From Azolla caroliniana (Eukaryota; Plantae; Polypodiophyta): a stretch of DNA of 13,768 nucleotides. The first letter of the stretch is position 1. Each line of letters begins with the position of its first letter. Positions 1 through 12,610 of the stretch are shown one piece after another. Both the position numbers and the translations under genes were made by a program. The stretch covers positions 1 to 13,768 of the forward strand of contig JBHGNT010000930.1 of the NCBI GenBank assembly GCA_043228905.1, read 5' to 3'. The notes beneath the pieces are model-generated. The model searched no databases and was not told where the DNA came from. It saw only the letters and a list, made by a program, of their open reading frames with translations.

Positions 1-178
1 AATTCTATATCATAGCTAGCGTTCTTAGTTTCGATTCGCATGTTTGAACACAGAAATCCGATATCACACGAGCCAGGTATGACCATTTTAATTTACTCAC
101 TGGCTCTTCTCAACTCCCTCCTCAAATATGCTAATTTCTTCATGTCTCTCGACCTGAGTTTCACAATCTCGGTTTTTT
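1..178 (+). repeat. First complete 178-bp monomer (M1; phase set arbitrarily at the window start)
   Basis: The next AATTCTATATCATAG starts at 179. Confidence 0.97.
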
Positions 179-1423
179 AATTCTATATCATAGCTAGCCT
201 TGTTAGCTTCGATTCGCATGTTTAAACACAGAAATCTGATATTACACGAGCCAGGTATGACCATTTTAATTTACTCACTCGCTCTTCTCAACTCCCTCCT
301 CCAGCATGCTAATTTCCTCATGTCTTTCGACGTCAGTTTCGAAATCACGATTTTTTAAGTCTATATCATAGCTAGCCTTGTTAGTTTCGATTAGCATGTT
401 TGAACACAGAAATCCGATATCACACGAGCCAGGTATGACCATTTTAATTTACTTACACGCTCTTCTCAACTCCCTCATCAAATATGCTAATTTCCTCATG
501 TCTCTCACCTGAGTTTCAAAATCTCGATTTTTTAATTCTATATCATAGCTAGCCTTGTTAGCTTCGATTCGCATGTTTGAACACAGAAATCCGATATCAC
601 ACGAGCCAGGTATGACCATTTTAATTTACTCACTCGCTCTTCTCAACTCCGTCCTCAAATATGCTAATTTCTTCATGTCTCTCGACCTTAGTTTCAAAAT
701 CTCGATTTTTTAATTCTATATCATAGCTAGCCTTGTTAGCTTCGATTTGCATGTTTGAACACAGAAATCCGATATCACACGAGCCAGGTATGACCATTTT
801 AATTTACTCACTCGCTCTTCTCAACTCGCTCCTCCAATATGCTAATTTCCTCATGTCTCTCGACCTGAGTTTCAAAATCACGATTTTTTAATTCTATATC
901 ATAGCTAGCCTTGTTAGTTTCGATTCGCATGTTTGAACACAGAAATCCGATATCACACGAGCCAGGTATGACCATTTTAATTTACTCACACGCTCTTCTC
1001 AACTCCCTCCTCAAATATGCTAATTTCTTCATGTCTCTCGACCTGAGTTTCAAAATCTTGATTTTTTAATTCTATATCATAGCTAGCCTTGTTAGCTTCG
1101 ATTCGCATGTTTGAACACAGAAATCCGATATCACACGAGCCAGGTATGACCATTTTAATTTACTCACACGCTCTTCTCAACTCCCTCCTCAAATATGCTA
1201 ATTTCTTCATGTCTCTTGACCTGAGTTTCAAAATCTCGATTTTTTAATTCTATATCATAGCTAGCCTTGTTAGCTTCGATTTGCATGTTTAAACACAGAA
1301 ATCTGATATTACACGAGCCAGGTATGACCATTTTAATTTACTCACTGGCTCTTCTCAACTCCCTCCTCAAATATGCTAATTTCCTCATGTCTCTCGACCT
1401 GAGTTTCAAAATCTCGATTTTTT

Positions 1424-3737
1424 AATTCTATATCATAGCTAGCCTTGTTAGTTTCGATTCGCATGTTTGAACACAGAAATCCGATATCACACGAGCCAGG
1501 TATGACCATTTTAATTTACTCACTCGCTCTTCTCAACTCCCTCCTCAAATATGCTAATTTCTTCATGTCTCTCGACCTGAGTTTCAAAATCTCGATTTTT
1601 TAATTCTATATCATAGCTAGCCTTGTTAGCTTCGATTCGCATGTTTGAACACAGAAATCCGATATCACACGAGCCAGGTATGACCATTTTAATTTACTCA
1701 ATCGCTCTTCTCAACTCCCTCCTCCAACATGCTAATTTCCTCATGTCTTTCGACGTCAGTTTCAAAATCTTGATTTTTTAATTCTATATCATAGCTAGCG
1801 TTCTTAGTTTCGATTCGCATGTTTGAACACAGAAATCCGATATCACACGAGCCAGGTATGACCATTTTAATTTACTCACTCGCTCTTCTCAACTCCCTCC
1901 TCCAGCATGCTAATTTCCTCATGTCTTTCGACGTCAGTTTCGAAATCACGATTTTTTAAGTCTATATCATAGCTAGCCTTGTTAGTTTCGATTCGCATGT
2001 TTGAACACAGAAATCCGATATCACACGAGCCCGGTATGACCATTTTAATTTACTCACACGCTCTTCTCAACTCCCTCCTCAAATATGCTAATTTCTTCAT
2101 GTCTCTCGACCTGAGTTTCAAAAGCTCGATTTTTTAATTCTATATCATAGCTAGCCTTGTTAGCTTCGATTTGCATGTTTGAACACAGAAATCCGATATC
2201 ACACGAGCCAGGTATGACCATTTTAATTTACTCACTGGCTCTTCTGAACTCCCTCCTCAAATATGCTAATTTCCTCATGTCTCTCGACCTGAGTTTCAAA
2301 ATCTCGATTTTTTAATTCTATATCATAGCTAGCCTTGTTAGCTTCGATTCGCATGTTTGAACACAGAAATCTGATATTACACGAGCCAGGTATGACCATT
2401 TTAATTTACTCACTGGCTCTTCTCAACTCCCTCCTCAAATATGCTAATTTCCTCATGTCTCTCGACCTGAGTTTCAAAATCTCGATTTTTTAATTCTATA
2501 TCATAGCTAGCCTTGTTAGTTTCGATTCGCATGTTTGAACACAGAAATCCGATATCACACGAGCCAGGTATGACCATTTTAATTTACTCACACGCTCTTC
2601 TCAACTCCCTCCTCAAATATGCTAATTTCTTCATGTCTCTCGACCTGAGTTTCAAAATCTCGATTTTTTAATTCTATATCATAGCTAGCCTTGTTAGCTT
2701 CGATTTGCATGTTTGAACACAGAAATCCGATATCACACGAGCCAGGTATGACCATTTTAATTTACTCACTCGCTCTTCTCAACTCCCTCCTCAAATATGC
2801 TAATTTCCTCATGTCTCTCGACCTGAGTTTCAAAATCACGATTTTTTAATTCTATATCATAGCTAGCCTTGTTAGTTTCGATTCGCATGTTTGAACACAG
2901 AAATCCGATATCACACGAGCCAGGTATGACCATTTTAATTTACTCACTCGCTCTTCTCAACTCCCTCCTCAAATATGCTAATTTCTTCATGTCTCTCGAC
3001 CTGAGTTTCAAAATCTCGATTTTTTAATTCTATATCATAGCTAGCCTTGTTAGCTTCGATTCGCATGTTTGAACACAGAAATCCGATATCACACGAGCCA
3101 GGTATGACCATTTTAATTTACTCAATCGCTCTTCTCAACTCCCTCCTCCAACATGCTAATTTCCTCATGTCTTTCGACGTCAGTTTCAAAATCTTGATTT
3201 TTTAATTCTATATCATAGCTAGCGTTCTTAGTTTCGATTCGCATGTTTGAACACAGAAATCCGATATCACACGAGCCAGGTATGACCATTTTAATTTACT
3301 CAGTCGCTCTTCTCAACTCCCTCCTCCAGCATGCTAATTTCCTCATGTCTTTCGACGTCAGTTTCGAAATCACGATTTTTTAAGTCTATATCATAGCTAG
3401 GCTTGTTAGTTTCGATTCGCATGTTTGAACACAGAAATCCGATATCACACGAGCCCGGTATGACCATTTTAATTTACTCACACGCTCTTCTCAACTCCCT
3501 CCTCAAATATGCTAATTTCTTCATGTCTCTCGACCTGAGTTTCAAAATCTCGATTTTTTAATTCTATATCATAGCTAGCCTTGTTAGCTTCGATTTGCAT
3601 GTTTGAACACAGAAATCCGATATCACACGAGCCAGGTATGACCATTTTAATTTACTCACTGGCTCTTCTGAACTCCCTCCTCAAATATGCTAATTTCCTC
3701 ATGTCTCTCGACCTGAGTTTCAAAATCTCGATTTTTT
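1424..3737 (+). repeat. Five-monomer block duplicated at an 8-monomer (1424-bp) offset: M9-M13 (1424-2313) and M17-M21 (2848-3737)
   Basis: Rare variants are shared in the same order: CAATCG plus CCAACATG plus ATCTTGA (M10/M18), GCGTTCTTAG (M11/M19), GAGCCCGG (2032/3456) and TTCTGAACT (2246/3670). Confidence 0.9.
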
Positions 3738-5339
3738 AATTCTATATCATAGCTAGCCTTGTTAGTTTCGATTCGCATGTTTGAACACAGAAATCCGATA
3801 TCACACGAGCCAGGTATGACCATTTTAATTTACTCACTCGCTCTTCTCAACTCCCTCCTCAAATATGCTAATTTCTTCATGTCTCTCGACCTGAGTTTCA
3901 AAATCTCGATTTTTTAATTCTATATCATAGCTAGCCTTGTTAGCTTCGATTCGCATGTTTGAACACAGAAATCCGATATCACACGAGCCAGGTATGACCA
4001 TTTTAATTTACTCACACGCTCTTCTCAACTCCCTCCTCAAATATGCTAATTTCTTCATGTCTCTTGACCTGAGTTTCAAAATCTCGATTTTTTAATTCTA
4101 TATCATAGCTAGCCTTGTTAGCTTCGATTTGCATGTTTGAACACAGAAATCCGATATCACACGAGCCAGGTATGACCATTTTAATTTACTCACTGGCTCT
4201 TCTCAACTCCCTCCTCAAATATGCTAATTTCCTCATGTCTCTCGACCTGAGTTTCAAAATCTCGATTTTTTAATTCTATATCATAGCTAGCCTTGTTAGT
4301 TTCGATTCGCATGTTTGAACACAGAAATCCGATATCACACGAGCCAGGTATGACCATTTTAATTTACTCACTCGCTCTTCTCAACTCCCTCCTCAAATAT
4401 GCTAATTTCCTCATGTCTCTCGACCTGAGTTTCAAAATCACGATTTTTTAATTCTATATCATAGCTAGCCTTGTTAGTTTCGATTCGGATGTTTGAACAC
4501 AGAAATCCGATATCACACGAGCCAGGTATGACCATTTTAATTTACTCAGTCGCTCTTCTCAACTCCCTCCTCCAGCATGCTAATTTCCTCATGTCTTTCG
4601 ACGTCAGTTTCGAAATCACGATTTTTTAAGTCTATATCATAGCTAGCCTTGTTAGTTTCGATTCGCATGTTTGAACACAGAAATCCGATATCACACGAGC
4701 CAGGTATGACCATTTTAATTTACTCACACGCTCTTCTCAACTCCCTCCTCAAATATGCTAATTTCCTCATGTCTCTCGACCTGAGTTTCAAAATCTCGAT
4801 TTTTTAATTCTATATCATAGCTAGCCTTGTTAGCTTCGATTTGCATGTTTGAACACAGAAATCCGATATCACACGAGCCAGGTATGACCATTTTAATTTA
4901 CTCACTCGCTCTTCTCAACTCCCTCCTCAAATATGCTAATTTCTTCATGTCTCTCGACCTGAGTTTCAAAATCTCGATTTTTTAATTCTATATCATAGCT
5001 AGCCTTGTTAGCTTCGATTTGCATGTTTGAACACAGAAATCCGATATCACACGAGCCAGGTATGACCATTTTAATTTACTCACTGGCTCTTCTCAACTCC
5101 CTCCTCAAATATGCTAATTTCCTCATGTCTCTCGACCTGAGTTTCAAAATCTCGATTTTTTAATTCTATATCATAGCTAGCCTTGTTAGTTTCGATTCGC
5201 ATGTTTGAACACAGAAATCCGATATCACACGAGCCAGGTATGACCATTTTAATTTACTCAGTCGCTCTTCTCAACTCCCTCCTCCAGCATGCTAATTTCC
5301 TCATGTCTTTCGACGTCAGTTTCGAAATCACGATTTTTT

Positions 5340-5490
5340 AAGTCTATATCATAGCTAGCCTTGTTAGTTTCGATTCGCATGTTTGAACACAGAAATCCGA
5401 TATCACACGAGCCAGGTATGACCATTTTAATTTACTCACAAGCTAATTTCTTCATGTCTCTCGACCTGAGTTTCAAAATCTCGATTTTTT
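5340..5490 (+). repeat. Truncated monomer M31 (151 bp, net 27-bp internal deletion)
   Basis: The junction TTTACTCACA-A-GCTAATTTC at ~5440-5442 lacks CGCTCTTCTCAACTCCCTCCTCAAAT. The next monomer starts at 5491. Confidence 0.95.
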
Positions 5491-8400
5491 AATTCTATAT
5501 CATAGCTAGCCTTGTTAGCTTCGATTTGCATGTTTGAACACAGAAATCCGATATCACACGAGCCAGGTTTGACCATTTTAATTTACTCACTGGCTCTTCT
5601 CAACTCCCTCCTCAAATATGCTAATTTTCTCATGTCTCTCGACCTGAGTTTCAAAATCACGATTTTTTAATTCTATATCATAGCTAGCCTTGTTAGTTTC
5701 GATTCGCATGTTTGAACACAGAAATCCGATATCACACGAGCCAGGTATGACCATTTTAATTTACTCACACGCTCTTCTCAACTCCCTCCTCAAATATGCT
5801 AATTTCTTCATGTCTCTCGACCTGAGTTTCAAAATCTCGATTTTTTAATTCTATATCATAGCTAGCCTTGTTAGCTTCGATTCGCATGTTTGAACACAGA
5901 AATCCGATATCACACGAGCCAGGTATGACCATTTTAATTTACTCACACGCTCTTCTCAACTCCCTCCTCAAATATGCTAATTTCTTCATGTCTCTCGACC
6001 TGAGTTTCAAAATCTCGATTTTTTAATTCCATATAATAGCTAGCCTTGTTAGCTTCGATTTGCATGTTTGAACACAGAAATCCGATATCACACGAGCCAG
6101 GTATGACCATTTTAATTTACTCACTGGCTCTTCTCAACTCCCTCCTCAAATATGCTAATTTCCTCATGTCTCTCGACATGAGTTTCAAAATCTCGATTTT
6201 TTAATTCTATATCATAGCTAGCCTTGTTAGTTTCGATACGCATGTTTGAACACAGAAATCCGATATCACACGAGCCAGGTATGACCATTTTAATTTACTC
6301 ACACGCTCTTCTCAACTCCCTCCTCAAATATGCTAATTTCTTCATGTCTCTCGACCTGAGTTTCAAAATCTCGATTTTTTAATTCTATATCATAGCTAGC
6401 CTTGTTAGCTTCGATTCGCATGTTTGAACACAGAAATCCGATATCACACGAGCCAGGTATGACCATTTTAATTTACTCACTCGCTCTTCTCAACTCCCTC
6501 CTCAAATATGCTAATTTCCTCATGTCTCTCGACCTGAGTTTCAAAATCACGATTTTTTAATTCTATATCATAGCTAGCCTTGTTAGTTTCGATTCGCATG
6601 TTTGAACACAGAAATCCGATATCACACGAGCCAGGTATGACCATTTTAATTTACTCACTCGCTCTTCTCAACTCCCTCCTCCAGCATGCTAATTTCCTCA
6701 TGTCTTTCGACGTCAGTTTCGAAATCACGATTTTTTAAGTCTATATCATAGCTAGCCTTGTTAGTTTCGATTCGCATGTTTGAACACAGAAATCCGATAT
6801 CACACGAGCCAGGTATGACCATTTTAATTTACTCACACGCTCTTCTCAACTCCCTCCTCAAATATGCTAATTTCCTCATGTCTCTCGACCTGAGTTTCAA
6901 AATCTCGATTTTTTAATTCTATATCATAGCTAGCGTTGTTAGCTTCGATTCGCATGTTTGAACACAGAAATCCGATATCACACGAGCCAGGTATGACCAT
7001 TTTAATTTACTCAGTCGCTCTTCTCAACTCCCTCCTCCAGCATGCTAATTTCCTCATGTCTTTCGACGTCAGTTTCGAAATCACGATTTTTTAAGTCTAT
7101 ATCATAGCTAGCCTTGTTAGTTTCGATTCGCATGTTTGAACACAGAAATCCGATATCACACGAGCCAGGTATGACCATTTTAATTTACTCACTCGCTCTT
7201 CTCAACTCCCTCCTCCAGCATGCTAATTTCCTCATGTCTTTCGACGTCAGTTTCGAAATCACGATTTTTTAAGTCTATATCATAGCTAGCCTTGTTAGCT
7301 TCGATTTGCATGTTTGAACACAGAAATCCGATATCACACGAGCCAGGTATGACCATTTTAATTTACTCACTCGCTCTTCTCAACTCCCTCCTCAAATATG
7401 CTAATTTCCTCATGTCTCTCGACCTGAGTTTCAAAATCACGATTTTTTAATTCTATATCATAGCTAGCCTTGTTAGTTTCGATTCGCATGTTTGAACACA
7501 GAAATCCGATATCACACGAGCCAGGTATGACCATTTTAATTTACTCACACGCTCTTCTCAACTCCCTCCTCAAATATGCTAATTTCTTCATGTCTCTCGA
7601 CCTGAGTTTCAAAATCTCGATTTTTTAATTCTATATCATAGCTAGCCTTGTTAGCTTCGATTTGCATGTTTGAACACAGAAATCCGATATCACACGAGCC
7701 AGGTTTGACCATTTTAATTTACTCACTGGCTCTTCTCAACTCCCTCCTCAAATATGCTAATTTTCTCATGTCTCTCGACCTGAGTTTCAAAATCACGATT
7801 TTTTAATTCTATATCATAGCTAGCCTTGTTAGTTTCGATTCGCATGTTTGAACACAGAAATCCGATATCACACGAGCCAGGTATGACCATTTTAATTTAC
7901 TCACACGCTCTTCTCAACTCCCTCCTCAAATATGCTAATTTCTTCATGTCTCTCGACCTGAGTTTCAAAATCTCGATTTTTTAATTCTATATCATAGCTA
8001 GCCTTGTTAGCTTCGATTCGCATGTTTGAACACAGAAATCCGATATCACACGAGCCAGGTATGACCATTTTAATTTACTCACACGCTCTTCTCAACTCCC
8101 TCCTCAAATATGCTAATTTCTTCATGTCTCTCGACCTGAGTTTCAAAATCTCGATTTTTTAATTCCATATCATAGCTAGCCTTGTTAGCTTCGATTTGCA
8201 TGTTTGAACACAGAAATCCGATATCACACGAGCCAGGTATGACCATTTTAATTTACTCACTGGCTCTTCTCAACTCCCTCCTCAAATATGCTAATTTCCT
8301 CATGTCTCTCGACCTGAGTTTCAAAATCTCGATTTTTTAATTCTATATCATAGCTAGCCTTGTTAGTTTCGATACGCATGTTTGAACACAGAAATCCGAT

Positions 8401-9050
8401 ATCACACGAGCCAGGTATGACCATTTTAATTTACTCACACGCTCTTCTCAACTCCCTCCTCAAATATGCTAATTTCTTCATGTCTCTCGACCTGAGTTTC
8501 AAAATCTCGATTTTTTAATTCTATATCATAGCTAGCCTTGTTAGCTTCGATTGGCATGTTTGAACACAGAAATCCGATATCACACGAGCCAGGTATGACC
8601 ATTTTAATTTACTCACTCGCTCTTCTCAACTCCCTCCTCAAATATGCTAATTTCCTCATGTCTCTCGACCTGAGTTTCAAAATCACGATTTTTTAATTCT
8701 ATATCATAGCTAGCCTTGTTAGTTTCGATTCGCATGTTTGAACACAGAAATCCGATATCACACGAGCCAGGTATGACCATTTTAATTTACTTACTCGCTC
8801 TTCTCAACTCCCTCCTCCAGCATGCTAATTTCCTCATGTCTTTCGACGTCAGTTTCGAAATCACGATTTTTTAAGTCTATATCATAGCTAGCCTTGTTAG
8901 TTTCGATTCGCATGTTTGAACACAGAAATCCGATATCACACGAGCCAGGTATGACCATTTTAATTTACTCACACGCTCTTCTCAACTCCCTCCTCAAATA
9001 TGCTAATTTCCTCATGTCTCTCGACCTGAGTTTCAAAATCTCGATTTTTT
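5491..9050 (+). repeat. Eight-monomer block duplicated at a 12-monomer (2136-bp) offset: M32-M39 (5491-6914) and M44-M51 (7627-9050)
   Basis: Rare shared variants: CAGGTTTGAC (5569/7705) with AATTTTCTCATG in the same monomer, AATTCCATAT (6030/8166) and CGATACGC (6238/8374). The order of subtypes also matches. Confidence 0.92.
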
Positions 9051-11898
9051 AATTCTATATCATAGCTAGCCTTGTTAGCTTCGATTCGCATGTTTGAACA
9101 CAGAAATCCGATATCACACGAGCCAGGTATGACCATTTTAATTTACTCACTCGCTCTTCTCAACTCCCTCCTCAAATATGCTAATTTCCTCATGTCTCTC
9201 GACCTGAGTTTCAAAATCACGATTTTTTAATTCTATATCATAGCTAGCCTTGTTAGTTTCGATTCGCATGTTTGAACACAGAAATCCGATATCACACGAG
9301 CCAGGTATGACCATTTTAATTTACTCACTCGCTCTTCTCAACTCCCTCCTCCAGCATGCTAATTTCCTCATGTCTTTCGACGTCAGTTTCGAAATCACGA
9401 TTTTTTAAGTCTATATCATAGCTAGCCTTGTTAGTTTCGATTCGCATGTTTGAACACAGAAATCCGATATCACACGAGCCAGGTATGACCATTTTAATTT
9501 ACTCACTCGCTCTTCTCAACTCCCTCCTCCAGCATGCTAATTTCCTCATGTCTTTCGACGTCAGTTTCGAAATCACGATTTTTTAAGTCTATATCATAGC
9601 TAGCCTTGTTAGCTTCGATTTGCATGTTTGAACACAGAAATCCGATATCACACGAGCCAGGTATGACCATTTTAATTTACTCACTCGCTCTTCTCAACTC
9701 CCTCCTCAAATATGCTAATTTCCTCATGTCTCTCGACCTGAGTTTCAAAATCACGATTTTTTAATTCTATATCATAGCTAGCCTTGTTAGTTTCGATTCG
9801 CATGTTTGAACACAGAAATCCGATATCACACGAGCCAGGTATGACCATTTTAATTTACTCACTCGCTCTTCTCAACTCCCTCCTCCAGCATGCTAATTTC
9901 CTCATGTCTTTCGACGTCAGTTTCGAAATCACGATTTTTTAAGTCTATATCATAGCTAGCCTTGTTAGTTTCGATTCGCATGTTTGAACACAGAAATCCG
10001 ATATCACACGAGCCAGGTATGACCATTTTAATTTACTCACACGCTCTTCTCAACTCCCTCCTCAAATATGCTAATTTCCTCATGTCTCTCGACCTGAGTT
10101 TCAAAATCTCGATTTTTTAATTCTATATCATAGCTAGCGTTGTTAGCTTCGATTCGCATGTTTGAACACAGAAATCCGATATCACACGAGCCAGGTATGA
10201 CCATTTTAATTTACTCACTCGCTCTTCTCAACTCCCTCCTCAAATATGCTAATTTCCTCATGTCTCTCGACGTGAGTTTCAAAATCACGATTTTTTAATT
10301 CTATATCATAGCTAGCCTTGTTAGTTTCGATTCGCATGTTTGAACACAGAAATCCGATATCACACGAGCCAGGTATGACCATTTTAATTTACTCAGTCGC
10401 TCTTCTCAACTCCCTCCTCCAGCATGCTAATTTCCTCATGTCTTTCGACGTCAGTTTCGAAATCACGATTTTTTAAGTCTATATCATAGCTAGCCTTGTT
10501 AGTTTCGATTCGCATGTTTGAACACAGAAATCCGATATCACACGAGCCAGGTATGACCATTTTAATTTACTCACTCGCTCTTCTCAACTCCCTCCTCCAG
10601 CATGCTAATTTCCTCATGTCTTTCGACGTCAGTTTCGAAATCACGATTTTTTAAGTCTATATCATAGCTAGCCTTGTTAGCTTCGATTTGCATGTTTGAA
10701 CACAGAAATCCGATATCACACGAGCCAGGTATGACCATTTTAATTTACTCACTCGCTCTTCTCAACTCCCTCCTCAAATATGCTAATTTCCTCATGTCTC
10801 TCGACCTGAGTTTCAAAATCACGATTTTTTAATTCTATATCATAGCTAGCCTTGTTAGTTTCGATTCGCATGTTTGAACACAGAAATCCGATATCACACG
10901 AGCCAGGTATGACCATTTTAATTTACTCACTCGCTCTTCTCAACTCCCTCCTCCAGCATGCTAATTTCCTCATGTCTTTCGACGTCAGTTTCGAAATCAC
11001 GATTTTTTAAGTCTATATCATAGCTAGCCTTGTTAGTTTCGATTCGCATGTTTGAACACAGAAATCCGATATCACACGAGCCAGGTATGACCATTTTAAT
11101 TTACTCACACGCTCTTCTCAACTCCCTCCTCAAATATGCTAATTTCCTCATGTCTCTCGACCTGAGTTTCAAAATCTCGATTTTTTAATTCTATATCATA
11201 GCTAGCCTTGTTAGCTTCGATTCGCATGTTTGAACACAGAAATCCGATATCACACGAGCCAGGTATGACCATTTTAATTTACTCACTCGCTCTTCTCAAC
11301 TCCCTCCTCAAATATGCTAATTTCCTCATGTCTCTCGACGTGAGTTTCAAAATCACGATTTTTTAATTCTATATCATAGCTAGCCTTGTTAGTTTCGATT
11401 CGCATGTTTGAACACAGAAATCCGATATCACACGAGCCAGGTATGACCATTTTAATTTACTCAGTCGCTCTTCTCAACTCCCTCCTCCAGCATGCTAATT
11501 TCCTCATGTCTTTCGACGTCAGTTTCGAAATCACGATTTTTTAAGTCTATATCATAGCTAGCCTTGTTAGTTTCGATTCGCATGTTTGAACACAGAAATC
11601 CGATATCACACGAGCCAGGTATGACCATTTTAATTTACTCACTCGCTCTTCTCAACTCCCTCCTCCAGCATGCTAATTTCCTCATGTCTTTCGACGTCAG
11701 TTTCGAAATCACGATTTTTTAAGTCTATATCATAGCTAGCCTTGTTAGCTTCGATTTGCATGTTTGAACACAGAAATCCGATATCACACGAGCCAGGTAT
11801 GACCATTTTAATTTACTCACTCGCTCTTCTCAACTCCCTCCTCAAATATGCTAATTTCCTCATGTCTCTTGACCTGAGTTTCAAAATCACGATTTTTT
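8695..11898 (+). repeat. Three tandem copies of a 6-monomer higher-order repeat (1068 bp): 8695-9762, 9763-10830, 10831-11898
   Basis: The subtype order B,A,A,B,B,A repeats three times with matching secondary sites. The private variant CTCGACGTGAG sits at 10272 and 11340, exactly 1068 bp apart. Confidence 0.9.
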
Positions 11899-12610
11899 AA
11901 TTCTATATCATAGCTAGCCTTGTTAGTTTCGATTCGCATGTTTGAACACAGAAATCCGATATCACACGAGCCAGGTATGACCATTTTAATTTACTCAGTC
12001 GCTCTTCTCAACTCCCTCCTCCAGCATGCTAATTTCCTCATGTCTTTCGACGTCAGTTTCGAAATCACGATTTTTTAAGTCTATATCATAGCTAGCCTTG
12101 TTAGTTTCGATTCGCATGTTTGAACACAGAAATCCGATATCACACGAGCCAGGTGTGACCATTTTAATTTACTCACACGCTCTTCTCAACTCCCTCCTCA
12201 AATATGCTAATTTCTTCATGTCTCTCGACCTGAGTTTCAAAATCTCGATTTTTTAATTCTATATCATAGCTAGCCTTGTTAGCTTCGATTCGCATGTTTG
12301 AACACAGAAATCCGATATCACACAAGCCAGGTTTGACCATTTTAATTTACTCACTGGCTCTTCTCAACTCCCTCCTCAAATATGCTAATTTCCTCATGTC
12401 TCTCGACCTGAGTTTCAAAATCACGATTTTTTAATTCTATATCATAGCTAGCCTTGTTAGTTTCGATTCGCATGTTTGAACACAGAAATCCGATATCACA
12501 CGAGCCAGGTATGACCATTTTAATTTACTCACACGCTCTTCTCAACTCCCTCCTCAAATATGCTAATTTCTTCATGTCTCTCGACCTGAGTTTCAAAATC
12601 TCGATTTTTT

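Noticed and set aside
113-124. AGGAGG Shine-Dalgarno-like motif on the minus strand (complement of CCTCCT)
   Set aside because: It is part of the satellite pyrimidine tract, with no credible gene downstream and no prokaryotic context.
1-178. Identity with Arabidopsis CEN178 or primate alpha satellite, or a CENP-B box
   Set aside because: Only the length is similar. From memory the sequence matches neither consensus beyond a short word, and none of the TTCG sites fits TTCGNNNNANNCGGG. A database search is still needed.
1-178. Tandem 5S rRNA, tRNA, snRNA or spliced-leader gene array (T6 run resembling a Pol III terminator)
   Set aside because: I see no recognisable 5S, tRNA or snRNA sequence or A/B boxes. 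An Rfam cmscan of a dimer would settle it.
145-180. Intrinsic terminator (weak GAG...CTC stem followed by T6)
   Set aside because: The stem is short, imperfect and AT-rich, is altered in many copies, and has no upstream gene.
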